64,000 bases of DNA, from NCBI GenBank assembly GCA_964234715.1, contig OZ174281.1. One strand, written 5' to 3'. The translations under genes were made by a program, and so were the position numbers. The notes under the pieces were generated by a model that saw only the letters and a program-made list of their open reading frames with translations, had not been told where the DNA came from and did not search any database. The DNA comes from Podarcis melisellensis. Its lineage: Eukaryota. Positions 25,712 to 39,323 of this stretch are shown here, piece after piece; position 1 is the stretch's first letter, and the number at the start of each line of letters is the position of its first letter.

Positions 25712-25965
25712 CCCTCTTGCAGAGAAATGTGCTTTATCCTTTCTTTCTGTGATTAGTTAAATTGAGTAGTGTTAAATCCCATTCACTCTGTAGAAGTGTT
25801 CAATAAAGAATCATGAACGAAGTCAGTAGCTGCTGCTGGATTTCTATACTTTGCAGTGGTTTTGTTCCTGTGTTCTGCTGTTTCCCAGCTCTGTAGTTTG
25901 TTCATGAGCAATCAAATTGCAAAAGCATCTGGTAGTGGATTCTCCACTCCTCCATGAGAACTATA

Positions 25966-26009
25966 TTGGCCAACAGTGACACTCTGAGTCTTAGATGGGG
26001 AACTGCAAG
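25966..26009 (-). promoter_or_regulatory. CSE of A2, CACT variant
   Basis: Identical to the A1 element. Confidence 0.8.
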
Positions 26010-28908
26010 ACGTCTCTTCTCTTTTAAGTAAATAACATACAAGGGATTTCTTGCCATTTTCAATCTTACGTACAATAATTCTCAGGTAGAGAATCTTTTG
26101 TGGTATGGTAAAAAAATTAGAGTTTGGTCCCTGTGTTTTACATTAGGATAAGCAACAACTCACTTTCGTAGCAGCACATTTGGCATTGCTCATGGGGGTG
26201 CACTTCAGAGAAACTGAACTGACTGATTAGTGTCCCTGTCTGATAGTACAGTTCTGCAATCATATTTTTCTGACAGTTAGAAACTGTTCATCCATATAGG
26301 TACGTGTCAACATATTTAATCACAGGAAGTGGTTCTCAGACCTAATGAATTCTGAGTTTAAAAGTTATTTTCCCAAAATGTGCAATAAGGCCTTTGGAAT
26401 CTTTGTGTCACACAAAATTTCCCCTCTAAAGTAACACAGTTCTACTTTCTATTGTACCAACTGTCTTGCGGGCAATCGTCTCCTCACCTACTTGCCAGTT
26501 GATGCACTTAATCAGTTATGTATGTAGCTGTGTTAGTTGACAGTGATTTGGGATACCTGGATAAATTCCTAATGTTTGGCAAGTTCTTTTTCTTCTCTTA
26601 AGGCATTACTTGACTTATGCAACTCAGTCATACAATGAGAACAGCACTAAAAGTACAATGCTTACTCAAGATCATGCTACAGTTTTTCTTGGGAACTTGA
26701 GTCCTCTCTCCCCACCCCTCAGGCTTTCCGTAGGCTTCCCTCCCTTCCCAGATCACACCCCTCAACCCCTCACTGGCCTTTTTCATTGCCCTCTTCAGGA
26801 GCCTTACTGGCTGCAATGTGTCCTTGAACTAGGATATTGCTGCTTGCCTGGCTGGAGGAGTCAAAGATCTATAGAAGTGGAGATATTAAAACCTCTGAAT
26901 TTTGCATGGTTGAAATGTGGTCTATTGTACAAAGGTAAGAGTCACATCAATAAAATATCACGGTTAGAATGCTAAACAGTGGAATGCTAGATTACGTTGT
27001 GGAATACTAAAGCAGCACTTGACAAGGCATCATCTAGCACTGCTATGGCTACCTACATGTCTCATAAAATCACTTACTATACTCTTCCCATGATGTAGAG
27101 AGAAGGAAAATGTAGTCTAGAAGATTTGGCTCCAATGTGAACACATTATTATGAGTAGAAGAGGAAAGCATGCAATATATGTTTTAATCCCTTGCATTGT
27201 AAATTGGTACACTCAGAGGAGGACTAGAAGATCCGTGTTTATTTTCTGAACTTCCAGATCAGTATTGTATTCTTTTGATGAAATTCTGAACAATATGGTG
27301 ACATAGTTCAAGTGTGTGTGTCTTCTTCAGAAGTAGAACCTTTACAGTGCATGCGCATATTGCTTCATTCAGTGAATGGGACCTTCATTTAAAAGCTTTC
27401 TCAGGATAGAGAGCTGAGCAATATAATGCAGCTACTTCTACACTGGAAGAAAGATTAAACACAAAAGTAACTATTTTGGAACAGCTCCTAGTCTTCACCA
27501 AAATCACAGGTGTTTGGGACGATAAATGTGCATGCTTGTGTGTGCAGGTGCACACACAAGTGCCATCCTCAACATTTCTGTGTGTGCACATTCATTTCAG
27601 ACCTCCTGCATTTGGCACACCTCCTTGGCTGAATTCAGCCCCAAACTATTAGCCTCAGTAACTTGACATCTACACAAAACATAGCTATGACATAAAATTC
27701 AGACAAATCCACAGTCTCTTCATTTGCTAACAGAACTTCTGTAGATAGAATAAATTAGAAGCACATGATTAACATAAAAATATAAAAAGAGCATGTTGGA
27801 TCAGGCCAGTGTCCTATTTAGCTCAGAATATTATTTTCCTTGCAGTCAACTGGTTGCCTACAGGAAGCCCAAAAGTGGGGCCTGAGTGCAACAGCACTCT
27901 CCTCACTTCTGATTCCCCACAACTGGTATTCAGAGACATACTATCTCTAACTATGGAGATAGAACCTAGACACCATTGCTAGCAGGCCATGAAATAATGT
28001 TGTACATGAATGTGTCCATTTCTCTTTTAAAACCAGGTTAGTGGGCATCACTACCTCTCATGGGAACAAACTCCACAGTTTAACTCAGTGCTGTGTGAAG
28101 AAGTATTTTCTGCTGTCTGTCCTGAATCTTCCAACATTCAGTTTCATTGGATGTGTCTTAGTTTTAGTGTTATGTGGGGAAGGGGGCACTTATCCATCCA
28201 CACTTTCCATACAACGCATAATTATATACACCAATACCGTGTCTTCACTTACTTGCCTTTTCTGTAAGCTGTATCTAAGTAAACTAAAAGGGTGAATGGC
28301 TCCATCCCCTTGCCAATTTGGGTTCATATTTTCCAGCTCCACCTTACCTGTTTTTAGGTAAGTTGACCAGAACTATACACAGTATTCCAAAATTTATTTT
28401 CTTTTTTTCCACAGCTGTCTCATGCTATGTCAACATCTTCATCAAACTGTTTGCTATGACCCCAAGATCTCATTCCTGTTTAATCCCCATAAGCATATAA
28501 ATGAAACAACAGTTCTTTTAGCCCACTTTACACTTGTTCACATTAAATTGCATTTGCCATTTTACTGCCCATTCACTCGGCATGGTTTGGAGAGATCCTT
28601 TGCGAGCTCTTTGCAACCCCTTCTTGTTTTAACCACTCTGAACTATTTGGGATTAGCAAACTTGGCTACATCATGGCTCGCTCCTAATTTTAGATCATTT
28701 ATGAACAAGTTTAAAAGCTCAATACTGATTCTTGGAGGATCATGCCTTCTACATCTTTCCATAAGGAGAATCGTCACTTTATTCCTACTCTCCACTTACC
28801 AATCTCCTCTTATTCCATAACTGCTAAAAATAGAATAAAAAATTCTGCAGAAATGTGGGGAAGAGTATCAAAGGTGCAATACAAAGTATTCCTAACCATA
28901 AAGCTTAC

Positions 28909-31329
28909 CTCTTCATCCTTAGCCTTTTCAGACAGAAAATCGTTTCCACTGTTGCCTGTAAATGGCGCAGCAGGTTTTTCACTGCCAATAATATTGTCTA
29001 CCATCTGAACACTGGGTGTCAGGAAGGCAAACTCATTCTTCCTGGTCTCAGAAGACAGACACAGCTGGTAGGAATAGGGCAAAGTCCCATCTTCAAAGTT
29101 GGGTGGGAAGATGGCACCATTCTTGGAATGGGGAACAGGGCCAAAGCACTGTAGGAACCTGGGATGCCCTGATTGACGGAGCTTCATTGTAACGGCCAGA
29201 ATCACAGTCAAGAGGAACAAGAAGGAGATCACAGCTAAGGCCAGCACCAAGTAGAACTGCAGGTCAGACTGATACTCCGAGCTGTTGGCTTGGCTCTTCA
29301 TTTCCGGAAGGGCCTCCTGAAAGTTCTCAGCAAACACCAGGTTCAGAGTCATGGTGGCCGAGAGAGACGGCTGCCCGTTATCCTTCACCATAATGACCAG
29401 TCTCTGTTTCACAGCATCTTTCTCCACAAAGGCCCTGGCTGTCCTGATCTCTCCAGTATGAGAACCAACCGTGAAGAGTGCCGGCTCAGTGGCCTGAGTC
29501 AGGTGGTAGGAGAGCCAGGCGTTGTGTCCAGAATCTGCATCCACGGCCACCACCTTGGTGACAAGATAATCTGCCTCGGCCGAACGAGGCACCATCTCAA
29601 ACAAGGCTGAGCCCTTGGCTTCTTGTGAGGGGGACAGGATACGAGGGCTGTTATCATTCCTGTCAAGAACAAACACCCTGACGCTCACATTGCTGCTGAG
29701 AGGGGGAGAACCCCCATCTTGGGCCTTCACTTGCACCCGAAACTCTCTGAATTGTTCATAGTCAAAGGATCTCTGGGCATAGATGGTGCCGGTCTCTGAA
29801 TTAATGGAGATATAGGAGGAGATGGGAAGCTCCTCGATGTTGCTGTTGAGTATGGAGTATGTGATCCGTGAGTTCTGGTCCATGTCGGGATCAGAGGCTT
29901 TGATGGTGAAAATGGAGGCACCTGAAGGATTGTTTTCTGGCACATAGATGTTGTAGGATGGCTTCTGAAAGGTAGGGGCATTATCATTGATATCTGAGAT
30001 CTGGAGAGAGATTGTTTTGTGTGTGGAAAGAGGCGGAGTTCCTCTGTCAGTGGCTGTGATTGTAATATTATATGCAGGAACTATTTCTCTGTCCAATGGA
30101 CTGTCTGTCTGGAGTTTGAAGTAATTATTAGATGAGGGAAGAATTTTGAAGGGTAAACCATCTTGTAAGTAGCAAGTAACCTTTCCATTATCACCACTAT
30201 CTTTGTCATTTACATTGATCAGAGCAATGACAGTTCCTGGCAGAGAATCCTCAGGAACTGGGCTGAACATGGAGGCTAACGTCACTTCTGGGGCATTATC
30301 ATTCCCATCAAGAACATTTATTTCAATGTTGCAGTGTGTCACCAATCCACCTCCATCCTTTGCTGCTGCTGTCATAGTATATCTTCTTGTTTCCTCAAAA
30401 TCCAACATCTGCAGAAGGGAGATTATGCCATCAACTGGATCCAGGCCAAATTTCTTTTGTCCATTCACTGGAATGTTGCTGAATTCATATCTGATCTGGG
30501 CGTTTAAACCATCATCTTTGTCAGAGGCTACAACTTGGAGCACAAAGGACCCAACAGGAGCTTCTTCATGCACACTGACCTTGTACACCTCTTGAGTGAA
30601 GACTGGTGGGTTGTCATTGGCATCTGTGACATTAATCCATATCTGGGCAGTCCCCGTTTTTCTGGGTTCCCCCCCATCCAAGGCTGTAAGGGACAAGTGA
30701 AGAGCGTGCTCACTTTCCCGATCCAAAGATTTCTGCAACACCAGTTCTGCATTTTTACTTCCATCTTCCATTTCTCTAACTTCCAAAGTGAAGTACCGAT
30801 TGGTGCTCAACTGGTAATTCTGGAGGGAATTCATCCCAATGTCAGGATCTTCAGCTTTCCCAAGGAGAAATCGTGCGCCTGGTACAGTAAGTTCACTTGT
30901 CTCCAAGTTGATGTTGCCATTGGGAAACAGTGGTGCATTATCATTAATGTCCTGAATTGCTATAGTTAAATGGAAGATATTGAGGGGATTTTCAACTACC
31001 ACTTCAAAATTTACTACGCAAATGGGAGTTATGTCACATAGCTGCTCCCTATCTATTCTGTCACTTACATAGAGGTTTCCATTCTCTGCATTAATACTGA
31101 AAAACTGCATTTTGTTCACAAAGACAGCATGCAGATTGCGCTTTGCAAGATCTCTTGTATTCAGTCCCAAATCCTTGGCCAGATTCCCCACAATCGAACC
31201 CTTTGCCATCTCTTCAGGGATAGAATAACGAATCTGCTCTGAGGCAGCCCAGCAGGAAGGCGACAAAAGTAAGAGAAGCAGTACTTGCCTTCTGAGTGCT
31301 CTGCCATTGTCGTCGTGTCTTCTGTCCAT
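28909..31329 (-). CDS. PCDHGB: Protocadherin gammaB-like variable exon B2 (807 codons)
   Basis: Duplicate of B1 (offset 24163). Donor GAG|GTAAG at 28909/28908; unspliced ORF to 28810. Confidence 0.95.
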
Positions 31330-31577
31330 CTGGCTTTACAACAAATTAGCTGCTTCCTTTTGCAAATCAGATCAAAGGCCCATCAAGGTGCAGGATCACC
31401 ATAAGGAAAAATAAGCTGCCTTTCTTCTTAATCTTTATAGAAAGTAGCTGAATTTTCTTTTCCTTTCTAGCAGGATTGCTCTGTCTTTGTGATGTGCTGC
31501 TTGTCCAACTTACACAGCAATGATTAAACAGTTGCTCCTTAGGAAACACTTTTCTCTTATCAGTCTGGCTGCCACAC

Positions 31578-31620
31578 TGGTCAACAGTGACACCCTGAGG
31601 CTCAGATGGAGAACTACAAG
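31578..31620 (-). promoter_or_regulatory. CSE of B2, CACT variant
   Basis: Matches the B1 element with one substitution. Confidence 0.8.
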
Positions 31621-33832
31621 GGCTTTTGTTCTCATTTACTGTAGTTGAAAATAGAACAGCAGTTTGGGTATTAGATTTTGGAATGTGAAGGAGAAACATC
31701 CCAGTGCTAAGAGCTGTTCAGCAATGGAGCTGCTTTGCTGCAGTTATTCAAGCAGAGCCTGGACAGTCATATATTGGGGATTCTCTCTTTCCTGCAGGGC
31801 TTGGCACTGGGGTGGGAATCTCCTCTGATATGATTCTGTGTTTCTCCAAGTGCGATTTTCCTGGCATACAAGGATCTGCTTCCACAATTTATGCTCCAGC
31901 ATTTCTTTTTTCCTTTCTCTTTTTGAATTACCTCTTCAGCGGCTTTTACTTTAAGGGGTTTTACTACAGTGACTGTTGCACTGTTTTGTCTGGAAATAAT
32001 TTGTACTAAAAGAGAAACTTGAATAAGCTTCATAGAATGGAAACCAGAACTACGGCACTGATATCCCAGCATTGATGTACCAATGATCTTATTTTGCATT
32101 TCCCTGATAGAAACACTGATATCTATGATTTCTGCTTTGATGCCAAAGATATAATCTCAAAATGTAACAGATAATTTTACCCAACCACAGATCTCTTGCT
32201 TTTTTTCAGTTTTATTAGAAGGGATATTTCCCCCAAATAATTCAGAATAAACCTATGAGTTGACAGTGATCTCAGCTGTCCTATAGAACACAAACATAAA
32301 CCAAAGTGTGTCAAACGAAAACAAAACAAACACAGATAGGGTTTTTTAGTGTTTGATTAGAAACCAGAGCTTTTGCTCTCCTATTCTTGTTAGTTTCTTC
32401 CTTCCTCCTAAAAAACAACATTGGCTTTGAGAAAGAAAAGGTGTTAGCAGGTGACAGGAGGATTCCTTGACTGTGGAATTCTGGTCACCTGGGCCTCTAG
32501 TGACAAATATTGATATAGTAGCACCCCCAGACTATGAACCTGCTCTTTCAGGAGGACCCTAGTTATCCAGCCTCAGGGACAGCCACTCAAAGCTCCTCTG
32601 TCTTGCCAGGATTCAGAGTTTTGTTGGCCATCATTCAGGTGAACACTAAGCCTAGGCACTAGTCCAGGGCTTGCACAACCGCTTCTGATTCAGAAGTTAC
32701 AGAGAAGTAGAGCTCAGCATCATCAGCATGCTGATGACGCATTGCCCCAAATTTCTCAATGACTGTCTCCAGAGGCTTCATATATAGATGTCAAACAGCA
32801 CTGAAGACAAAATGGTACCCCGTGGCACCCACCAGCACAACTGCCAGAGGGCTCAAAGACAATCACCCAAGGCTGTTTTCAGAAACCAACTCTGTTTAAC
32901 CATTGTTAAACAGTGTCTCCAGTACCCATCCCATTAAGTCAGTTCAGAAAGATATAAAGGTAATTGTGTCAAAAGCCACTGAGAAATCAGGTAAGGTTAA
33001 CAGGATCATACTTCCTCTGTACTTCTCCTAGTAAATATCACCCATCAGAGTTACAAAGGTCAATTCAGACCCATAACCAAGGCCTGAAAGCAGATTGAAA
33101 TGGGTCAAGATAATCTGTTTTGTTCAAGAGTACTTGTATCGTCACTTCTGACATTGTGGTCTGACATTGTGGCTCCTTGTGATATTCAAGTCAACTAGCA
33201 TTTACAATGTTATCCTAAAGCAAATCTTTGAAAGATAGGTATGTATCCCTCAGTCAGCATTCCTCCTCCCCTTTCCCTACTCCATCCCAACACCAGAGCA
33301 CATTAGTTCCCCCCCCCACCTATATTTTATGGATAAGAACAAATCAGTGTGCCTTCTTGACATCATTTCCAGGATTTAATGATCCCCCGTAGCATTATTT
33401 CATGGGCAATATTAGATTCACTTACTGTGCGCTACAAAGGTTTCCCCTTCTCAAACACTAGATACCATGGGTGGTATCCAGTGCTCTAGACCCAAGTAGA
33501 GCTAAATAGTATCTACATTATTCAATTCCACATATTATACAAAATCTATATGCTACACCATGTTAAACAGAGAATTATGTAGATCCTATGGGAAGCAAAT
33601 TTGCTATAAAGGACATATCAAGAATTGCACCTATTGCACAACTATTTCGGAAGAAATAATACTGAACTAATCCCAGGATTTGTACCCCAAAATGAGTAAA
33701 TAGTGGGGATAATTCTTGATTCATCAAAGATAGATCTATCAGTCCCAACATTCTTTGGTTTTTGTCTTTATCTGTGATTGAGTCCCCTGAACTTCAAAAA
33801 GCATGTCACATTTATACCAGCTGTAGAAATTA

Positions 33833-34073
33833 CAGTGGTACCTCAGGTTACAGATGCTTCAGGTTACATACGCTTCAGGTTACAGACTCTGCTAACCCAG
33901 AAATATTACTTCGGGTTAAGAACCTTGCTTCAGGATGAGAACAGAAATCTTGCAGCGGCGGCACACGGCAGCAGGATGCCCTATTAGCTAAAGTGGTGCT
34001 TCAGGTTAAGAACAGTTTCAGGTTAGGAACAGACCTCCGGAACGAATTATGTTCTCAACCTGAGGTACCACTG
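33833..34073. mobile_element. Tc1/mariner-type MITE (segmental duplicate of 9659-9899)
   Basis: Same TIRs, TA TSD and flanks. Confidence 0.88.
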
Positions 34074-35279
34074 TACGGCACAAAAGAAGACATTAGTTGG
34101 AAAAGGGAATAATTACACTTATTTGACTGACTGGATTTTAATTTATAGTCCAATGCTCTAGATTATTAATCTTGTATGATTAATTTTGTTGTACTGGTAT
34201 GTCTTATGTTTAAGATTATTTAAATTTCCTTATTGTTTTGTACCATTTCCTATGTCAACTTGGGCTATGTGGATTTTATATGGAAGTGGTAATTCACTTT
34301 GCCTTTCCTTATATTAAAAGTTTCCTTTCATTACTCTCAATACATTGCCATGGTCTGTGACTATAACAATGCATTCATTCATGACAGGCCAAGGAGTGAG
34401 CTTAGGACTAGTGATGTTCCAGTTCAAAAAGCAGAAAGGTCATAGCTCAGTGGTAGAGAATCTGCTTTTCCTTCAAAAGGTTCAAAGTTCAATCCTCAGA
34501 ATCTTGAGGTAGGAAAGCGAAGGTCTTCTGTTTGAAGACCTGGAGAGCTGTTGCTAGTTAGTGTGGACAGTACTGAGCTTGATGGACCAAGAGGGTCAGT
34601 AGTCTCGAGGGAACCTCCAGTTTTACAGAAGTACAAAAAAAAAAGAAGGCAAAACCCAAACTGACCAAAGACAGCAAAGCATGCTCAGTAGAAACACAAT
34701 GCTCAGTGCCTGTTGGAGCAGAAAAATATAAAACAGGGGAGGAGAAGGAATGGGATATTATGGAAAAAGCTCGCTGAAACCAGACCCCACTTGTTACTCT
34801 GTAACATTAAAAGCACAAAAAATATTCAGTAAAGACCTCCAAAATTTCAGCTAAAGTTCTGAAGCAAGTTTGCAAACTTACAAATTGCATACACCTCGTC
34901 CCTTACATATGCCAAGAGACCCCACCATTTGCAGCATTGTGTTGGTTCTATAGGGACATTCAGCTGAATTCATGAAGATCAAGATTAGGAAAAGAGGGTA
35001 AAGGGAATACAAATATCCAAAAGGGAATCAGAGGGAATGAAATAATTAATTAAACTATATTACCTGTATATATACGAAGATGAAAGAGTAAACAGATTAT
35101 TATAATATACTTTCAAATATTCAATCTCAGTAAAAAAAAATTGCACCAATTGTGTAGCAGCAAATACTGCTCAAAAGAAAACTCTCTGAGATGAGTGAGC
35201 TTAAAATATATTAGTACTCTATTGATATGCAGGGAATGCAGAATCTGTTCACCATGTTCTGTTGAAAAAAACAACTCAC

Positions 35280-37700
35280 CATATCAGCTCTATCCATCTC
35301 AGAAATTAGGATATTGCCTCCATTGGCAGTCAAAGGTGCATCAGACTGAGTGTTGCATGAAACATTCCCTGCAGTTTGAAGATTGGGTGTTGGAAAGGTG
35401 AACTCCTGTACCCTGGACTCAGAAGATAAGCACAGCTGATAGGAATACGGCAATGTTCCTTCTTCATAGTTTGGTGGGAAAATGACTGTGTTGTTTGAAT
35501 GGGGAACAGGAGCAAAACACTGCAGGAATTTGGGGTTTCCTGATCGCCGAATCTTCATGAGAATGGCCAGAATCACTGTCAGGAGGAATAAGAAGGAGAT
35601 CAAAGCTAAGGCCAGCACCAAGAAGAATTGTAGATCCGATTGATACTCAGAGTCACTGGGCTGGTGGCTAATTTCTGGAAGTGCCTCCTGGAAGTTCTCA
35701 GCAAACACCAGGTTGAGACTCACGGTAGCAGATAGTGGTAGCTGCCCATTATCCTTGACTAAGATGATGAGCTTCTGCTTCACGGCATCTCTTTCCAGAA
35801 AAGCCCGTGAGGTCCTGATCTCCCCAGTATGGGAACCAATTGAGAACAGCCCAGGTTCTGTTGCCTGGAGCAGATAGTAGGAGAGCCAAGCGTTGTGTCC
35901 AGAGTCAGCATCTACAGCCACCACCTTGGTCACCAGATAACCCTCCTCTGCTGAGCGAGGCACCATCTCAAACAAGGAGGAGCCCTCTACTCCTTGAGAA
36001 GGGTAAAGAATCTGAGGGCTTTGGTCATTCTGATCCAGAATACACAGTCTCACGGTGGCATTGCTGCTGAGGCGGGGGGAGCCTCCATCTTCGGCCCTCA
36101 CCTCCACTTGAAACTCCCTGACTTGCTCATAGTCAAAGGAGCGCTGAGCATAGATAGTGCCAGTCTCAGAATTAATGGAGAGGAAGGATGAGAGAGGCAG
36201 CCCCTCAGTGATGCTGTTGCGAATGGAGTAGGTGATTTGAGCATTCTGGTCCACATCTGGGTCGGAGGCTCTGACCCTGAAAATGGAGGAGCCTGAAGGA
36301 TTGTTCTCTGGGACATAGGCAGTATAATAGGGTTTCTCAAAGGCAGGGCAGTTGTCATTGATGTCAGAGATCTGCAGTGTGATGGTTTTGTATGTGGAAA
36401 GAGGGGGGTTGCCTTTGTCTGTGGCTGTGACTGTGATATTGTACTCTGGAGTTCTTTCTCTGTCCAAGGGGGCGTCTGTAAGAAGCTTATAATAATTATT
36501 GGAGGCTGATACCATCTTGAATGGCAAATTGTGTTGTAAATCACAAGCAATCTTCCCATTGTCTCCAGAGTCTCTATCATTTACATTGATAAGGGCTACC
36601 AGGGTTCCTACTGCAGAGTCTTCAGGGATTGGGCTGGATAAAGACGCCAGAATCACTTCTGGGGCATTGTCATTCTCATCTAGGAGTGAAATTTCAACTT
36701 TACAGTGAGCCACTAATCCACCTCCATCTCTTGCTTCTACTGCCATCACATATCCTTCTGTTTCCTCAAAGTCCAGAGCCTCCTTAAGTGTTATTGTCCC
36801 TTCTTGTGGATCCAAGTAGAATTTCTGGTGAGCAATTTCAGGGATGTTACTAAAATTATAGTTGATGTGAGCATAAGAACCGTCATCTCTATCTGTGGCT
36901 TTCACCTGGACCACTGAAGACCCTTTGGGGGCATTTTCTTTCAGCTTGACTGAGTATACTTTTTGAGTGAAGACTGGTGGGTTGTCATTTGCATCAATGA
37001 CGGTGATCCATATTTTGGCTGTTCCAGTTTTGGCAGGCTTCCCTCCATCCAGCGCCGTTAGGGTTAATTGGAAATTGCTTTCACTTTCCCGATCCAACTG
37101 TTTATTCAATACTAATTCTGCATATTTCTTTCCATCTTCTATTTCTCTCACTTCCAGAATAAAATACTGATTTGAGCTAAGGTGGTAATTCTGGAGAGAA
37201 TTCACCCCAAGATCAGGATCTTCAGCTTGTCCAAGGAGAAATGTGGTGCCTTTTAAAGAGGATTCACTTATCTCCAGCTTTATATCCCCTTTTACAAAAT
37301 ATGGTGCATTATCGTTAATGTCTTGGATCTCTACAGTTATATGAAAAATATTCATAGGGCTGTCAAGCACCACTTCAAAATTGATGGAGCAGATTGCAGT
37401 TTGACCACATAATTCCTCTCTATCAATCCTCTCCCTTACATACAAATTCCCATTTTCTGCACTGAGAGTGAAATATTGTTTTTTACCTAGGGAAAGGATA
37501 TGCAGATTGCCATTTCCTATTTCTCCATTATTCAATCTCAGGTCTTTGGCTAGGTTTCCTACAATGGATCCCTTTTCCATTTCTTCAGGGATGGAATAAT
37601 GAATGTGCTCTGAGACAATCTGACCACACAGAGAGAATAATAGGAGGAGAGGTACTTGCCTTCTGAGGGATCTGCTGTTTTCCTTCTGCCTATCTTCCAT
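35280..37700 (-). CDS. PCDHGB: Protocadherin gammaB-like variable exon C2 (807 codons)
   Basis: Duplicate of C1. Donor ATG|GTGAGT at 35280/35279; unspliced ORF to 35211. Confidence 0.95.
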
Positions 37701-37980
37701 TCCTCCTGCAGGGATATGTGCTTTATTCTTGTTTTCTGTAATCAGCTGAGCTGATGAGGAGTTTCACATTCCCATTTGGATGCAGAAGTGCTCAATAAAA
37801 GATGATAGAACAAAGCTACTGGTTGCTGCCGAATTTCTGTATTTTGCAGTGGTTTTTGTTTCTCAGCAAAACACTTTGGAAGTCCCTGTGTTCTGCTGTT
37901 TCCCAGCTCTGTGTGACTGAACAATCACATTGCAGAAGCAGAAAATCACTGGATTTTCAGCTCCACTGTGAGAACTATGT

Positions 37981-38023
37981 TGGCCAACAGCGGCACTCTG
38001 AGTCTCAGATGTGGAACTGCAAG
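37981..38023 (-). promoter_or_regulatory. CSE of C2 with canonical CGCT box
   Basis: TGCAGTTCCACATCTGAGACTCAGAGTGCCGCTGTTGGCCA. Confidence 0.85.
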
Positions 38024-38623
38024 AGGTTTTGTCACAGATAACATGGAAGAGATTTGTTTTGTCATTTACATATTGATGTGTATCCATTTTCAGGAATATT
38101 TGGGTAAATAACATAGCTTTACAAATTTGTTGATGTGTTTTATCTGTAGGATAGGCCACAACTCACCGGCATCCAAAAAGTAGTAGTAGAAAATAACCAG
38201 CAACAATACACTACACTCACTCACACCCCCACCACACACACCCTTAATGTGGAATTTATCCCACCTCCTCCCCCCATTTTCTTTACTTTTTTAAGAAAGA
38301 TCAGGTAGGATATAAATGGGGAGAATAAAAGAATTGTAGCATTCACCGCATTTTCAAATTGAAATCTGTAACTTTCTCATCTCCTTGAGAAATGTTACCA
38401 TTTGTGTAGTAAAAAAATGTGCCTAGAATTTTATTTTTTTATGTTCCTAGAATAGTTACACATTAAGAGTAGAAAACCTGGATTTGCTGATAAAGTGCGC
38501 TTCACAGAAATTTGCAGCTCAAATCTGACATCTGCCTTGAAATTGAAGTATGACTAACTTACTACCAATATTTACCGTTTGTGTAGTCTGAGTAGAACAT
38601 AGTCTTCAAAAAGCTCATAAATA

Positions 38624-38719
38624 TCCATTTACTGAGCTTTCCACTTTACAACAAGTTTGTCTATAAGGAACTCCATTTACTGAGCTTTCCACTTTACAAC
38701 AATTTTGTCTATTTGGAAC
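38624..38719. repeat. 48-bp direct tandem duplication, present only in block 2
   Basis: TCCATTTACTGAGCTTTCCACTTTACAACAA...GGAAC occurs twice; single copy at ~14385-14431 in block 1. Confidence 0.9.
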
Positions 38720-39323
38720 TCCACAGTTTAGCATTCTGACCATTGTCTATTCAGCTTATGAAATTGCACTTGTCAGTATTTTAAAGGGGGATCAAGGATG
38801 AAATCTAATTCTGTGGAGTGCTGTAGGGCGATATTGAAGTAGTAATTGTCAAGACATCATACCCTGCCCCAAGACAATCTACATGTTTAGAAAAAGCAAA
38901 TACTATGTGGGGGGTCAACAGTTAATTTTTAAAAGGAAGTAGTTCTAGTTCATACTGTCCAAAGAAGTTTGTAATTTTACAAAATAGTTCAGTTAAAGTT
39001 CATCCAAATAGTAACTTTTTAGTTCATAAAATAATCACCTTGGCATTTCCCCCCACCCCTAGTATGCAGAATTCTACAAGCTGCTTTGCTTGCATGTATC
39101 CTAAAAGTAAACCAGCACCACACACAAATAATATGTAAAAGCCATCAGATAGTAACAGAGCTTGGACAGCCTCTCCTAGTCAGGCTTGAGAACACTGGGC
39201 TGGATTCATAATTGACCCTTCCAACTCTACAATTCTACAATTCTCTTAAATAGCTCCTTATATAGAGGAAAGATTAATGCAGACACAAAAGCAATGCTCA
39301 TATTTGGGAAAGCCCTTAGCTTT

